Part shown: piece after piece, positions 60,582 through 64,000 of the stretch | Position numbering within the stretch: the first letter of the stretch is position 1 | Layout: the number at the start of each line of letters is the position of its first letter | Assembly (NCBI GenBank): GCA_964016885.1 | Contig: OZ024741.1 | Span: 70,184,001 to 70,248,000 of the forward strand | Origin: Eledone cirrhosa | Taxonomy: Eukaryota | Reading direction: 5' to 3' | DNA: 64,000 bases | Position numbers and translations under genes: made by a program | Notes under the pieces: generated by a model | Told to the model about the DNA's origin: nothing | The model's database searches: none | The model's input: the letters and a program-made list of their open reading frames with translations, nothing else

Positions 60582-62095
60582 TCTATTTATATATTACTAA
60601 AAGTCTGTGATTGTTTGCTTGTCTGTAATGTAATACAGCCAAAAGGGCGCATAATGGGAAAATACTTTGAAGGGAAGTTGCCCCTGAAATGGGAATACAA
60701 ATCGAATAAAACAAGTTTCGCGTAAATCGGTGCACGGGTTCCTGAGATATGGGGTTCTTCCAGGTACCTTCATAAACAAAAAGAGAGAAAGATAGAGAGG
60801 AAGAGATAGCGGTTGTGAGAGAGTAGATTGAAAGAGAGACATAGAGAGAGAGGGAGAGAAGACAGAGGAGAATGGAAGAGAACTGGTGGTGGTGTTGTGT
60901 ATATATATATATATATATTTGTGTATATGTGTGTCTATGACCAGGGCCTATAGATCACAGACATCCACATATATACACACACACACATATATATATATAT
61001 GTATATATATGTAAATACACACACCCATTTATATATATACACACGTATATATATGGGCCTTCCAGTTTCGTTTCACATTATCTACGTGTCTGTGTATATT
61101 TTAATTATTTAAAAATTATTTTTAAGTGAACATGATTTTTTTTTTATATTTTGAATTGAACGTGACCCAACGGGTCACGGGTGCTCTAATATAATACTAA
61201 AAGTCTGTGATTGCTTGCTTGTCTGTAATGTAATACATCTAAAAGAGCGCATAATGGGAAAATACTTTGAAAGGAAGTTGACCCTGAAATGGGAATACAA
61301 ATGGAAATAAACAATCGAAGCACCCGTTCCCGAGATAAGGGGTTTTTCCGGGTACCTTCATAAATAGCCAAAACGGGGCATAATGGGAAACTACTCCGAA
61401 AGTAACATAACCCTGCAAACCTTCATAAATAGCCAAAACAGTGCATAATGGGAAAATACTCCGAAAGTTAAAAAAAACTCTGAAATAGGAATAGAAACGG
61501 AATAAAACAAGTTTGGTGTAAATCGGACATAGACAATATTTTCATTATTCAAAAAATATTTTTAATTGAATAGGATTTAAAAAATAAATTAAAAAATTTT
61601 TTTCAGTGATTTGTCAGTGAATATGATTTCAAAAACACAAGTTGTTTGTACTTTAAGTATCTATATTTCAGCTTTCTTTAAATAGACGATTAAACAGGCG
61701 ATATTTTAATTATTAAAATAAACATTTTTAAGTGAATATGACTGAAAAATACGAATTGTTTTTACAGTAAATGTTTATAGTTTTGCTTTTGTTAAACATA
61801 ATATTTAAATTATTTAGAAACATTTTTAAGTGAATGTGATTTCGAAAATACAAGTTATTCGTACAGTAAATATTTATATTTTAGCTTTCTTTACACAGAC
61901 AATATTTTAATTTTTTTTTTAATTATTTTCAAATGAATACGATTAAAAAAATATGTTTTGGCATATTTAAAAAATATTCTTAAGTGAGAATGATCTTCCA
62001 ATTTCATTTTGCATTATATACATGTCTGTGTATATTTTAATTATTTAAAATTTATTTTTAAGTGAACGTGACCCAACGGGTCACGAGTGGTCTAG
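60582..62095 (+). mobile_element. Tandem pair of non-autonomous Helitron units
   Basis: A|TC start; 3' hairpin CGTGACCC-AAC-GGGTCACG followed by CTAA (61189) and CTAG|T (62095); shared 5' TACTAAAAGTCTGTGATTG. Confidence 0.85.
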
Positions 62096-62250
62096 TTGAT
62101 AATGAAACACAAATCTTCCAATCACATTATGCCAAACCGTGACCTCCAAGTACCTGAACCACCGAACTCAGCCGTTTCGGATAATATAAAAGTCAACATA
62201 CTGATTGCGGACTTAGTAAGAGTGATGGTGAATGCAATCAATCCAAGTAC
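62096..62250 (+). pseudogene. Penelope-like RT remnant, part 2 (thumb region)
   Basis: Reads in frame across the excised Helitron (LWLDA|IDNETQIFQSHYAKP), then NSAVSDNIKVNILIADLVRVMVN. Confidence 0.62.
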
Positions 62251-63010
62251 TTCGTTCATTCTATTCTTTATTTTATCGATCTCTATTTGCCGAATTACTA
62301 CGTTACGGGACAAAAGCTAGAACACAGACACAAAGACACACGTTCCAACACACGCGCACGCAAGTTTTCCTTGTTTAGAAGTACTTTACCCGATTTTCTC
62401 AACTATTATCTATAGGTATCAACTATTATTTAGCTTATCTGTATTTTGGTGACTGTGTTTTCAAATTTCGAATTCTCATTGCTTTGCAAGTCTACCAAAT
62501 CTTGCTAACAATTCTCGCTTCATGTTTAAATCTTCTAAAGATACGCCCTGTCAACATAATGGTGAAAGTCCTCACCCGGGAGACGAAATATCCAATGGTT
62601 TAAGTTCGTTCTCATAGTGCTGCTTGACATTGTTCTGTTTACTTTGCTTTTTGCTTTGTCTTCTTTAGGACTAACGCTCGAAAATATTCAGATTTTTTCT
62701 CTCCAGTTCTTCCTGGCTAAATTGTTGGATTCATTCTGTCTTGTTATCATTACCTTTTGTTGTTAGGTGGAGACGTCATGGTGTTTATTGCATTATTTTC
62801 ATATCAACTTAGTCGCAACAACTCAATGCATTGTATTTTACCATGTGTCATATTGTATTGCATTCTGTGGTGTCCTGAGGTGAATGATTCTTTTCATATC
62901 ACCGATATCGTAGTGAACTTCAGTGGACAGCCAACAGAGTGATTGGTCAATGTTTTTTCACTGTCTGTCCTTGTCGCGTGTGCTTAGATTTTGAATTCTC
63001 TCTCTCGCTC

Positions 63011-63089
<79 letters not shown>

Positions 63090-63407
63090 GAAAGATATAG
63101 AAAATGAAGTAAATATCTCTCTGAGTACTAAGTACCCATAGAGATATATGATATATAGGGTGTCTATAATATAATTGTGTTCTATGGTAATATATATATA
63201 TATATATCATAGAACAACAATTATATATATATATATATATATATGACAAAGGAATTGTGGTAAGGAACTAGATGGACCATAACGCACCAGAGTACTCAAT
63301 ACTTAGGGTAGTAGAGTGGGAAATAAGAAAAGGTATGACCCCGACGGCAGAGCTCAAGCCGTTTCGACGGCTATTTCTGTTTCGACGGCTATTTCTAGCT
63401 TCGTAAA

Positions 63408-63453
<46 letters not shown>

Positions 63454-63647
63454 AACAAGTAAGACGCCGACGGCTGAGCTCAAGCCGTTTCGACAGCTAA
63501 TTCCAGAATTGGCCGTCGAAACGGCTTGAGCTTGGCCGTCGAAACGGCTTGAGTTCAGCCGTCGGGGTCTTACTTGTTCCTATATATATATATATGTATA
63601 TAAAGATTTACATTTATGCTTTGGAAAAATTAACTGTCCAACTGAGT

Positions 63648-63729
63648 TGTCTCCTGATGAGTCTGTTACTCTAGGTTCATCCTTAACAGAAGGATATCTA
63701 AAAATACGGACGAAACCATGGTAGAGATG
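63648..63729 (+). ncRNA. Type I hammerhead ribozyme
   Basis: tgtctc-CTGATGA-gtctgt..acggac-GAAA-ccatgg-TA-gagatg; downstream 63917-64000 recurs at ~37783-37866. Confidence 0.9.
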
Positions 63730-64000
63730 TAATTACGGTATGTACACGTTTCTTCTAAGTTTAAATTTACACCTAATTATGTATGGTTGACGGTATATTT
63801 AGTCAGTTTCTACATGCTGTTGAAATGTTGGGTAAATACTCTATTGGGGTCACCGCGAAGAGGCCGCTTTCGGTTATTTATCAAATATTTCTTCATAGGA
63901 GCCTTTATTCTTATAGCCTGGTCTAATTGATTTTTTATATGGTTAATAATGCTAATTGGGAGAGGAAATGGTATATATTTTATCTAATAATTCTAAGGAC

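Overview
Eukaryotic, gene-free, extremely microsatellite-rich repeat DNA. The SINE families resemble those of octopod cephalopods (inference from recalled similarity, not a search). No host gene exon could be supported; most listed ORFs are translations of (TA)n/(CA)n/(GGT)n tracts. Recognisable elements: an RTE LINE fragment, a Dong/R4-type RLE LINE, a head-to-tail array of Tx1/L1-type LINE fragments in (GATA)n, a CR1-like 3' end, four copies of a bipartite RTE-derived element, two tRNA-SINE families, a hAT MITE, non-autonomous Helitrons, a 5S rRNA pseudogene and a Penelope-like RT remnant. The main signal is a dense population (over 30 insertions, about 10 sequence-unrelated families) of short asymmetric fold-back elements embedded in (TA)n tracts. 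They carry minimal type I hammerhead ribozymes (13 with intact cores read by eye, plus half and degenerate ones). Most families also share a covarying bulged hairpin, ACTC-stem-TY/TA-GAGTRCT, that lies within about 10 nt of where the short inverted arm stops. All coordinates were read by eye and may be off by a few bases.
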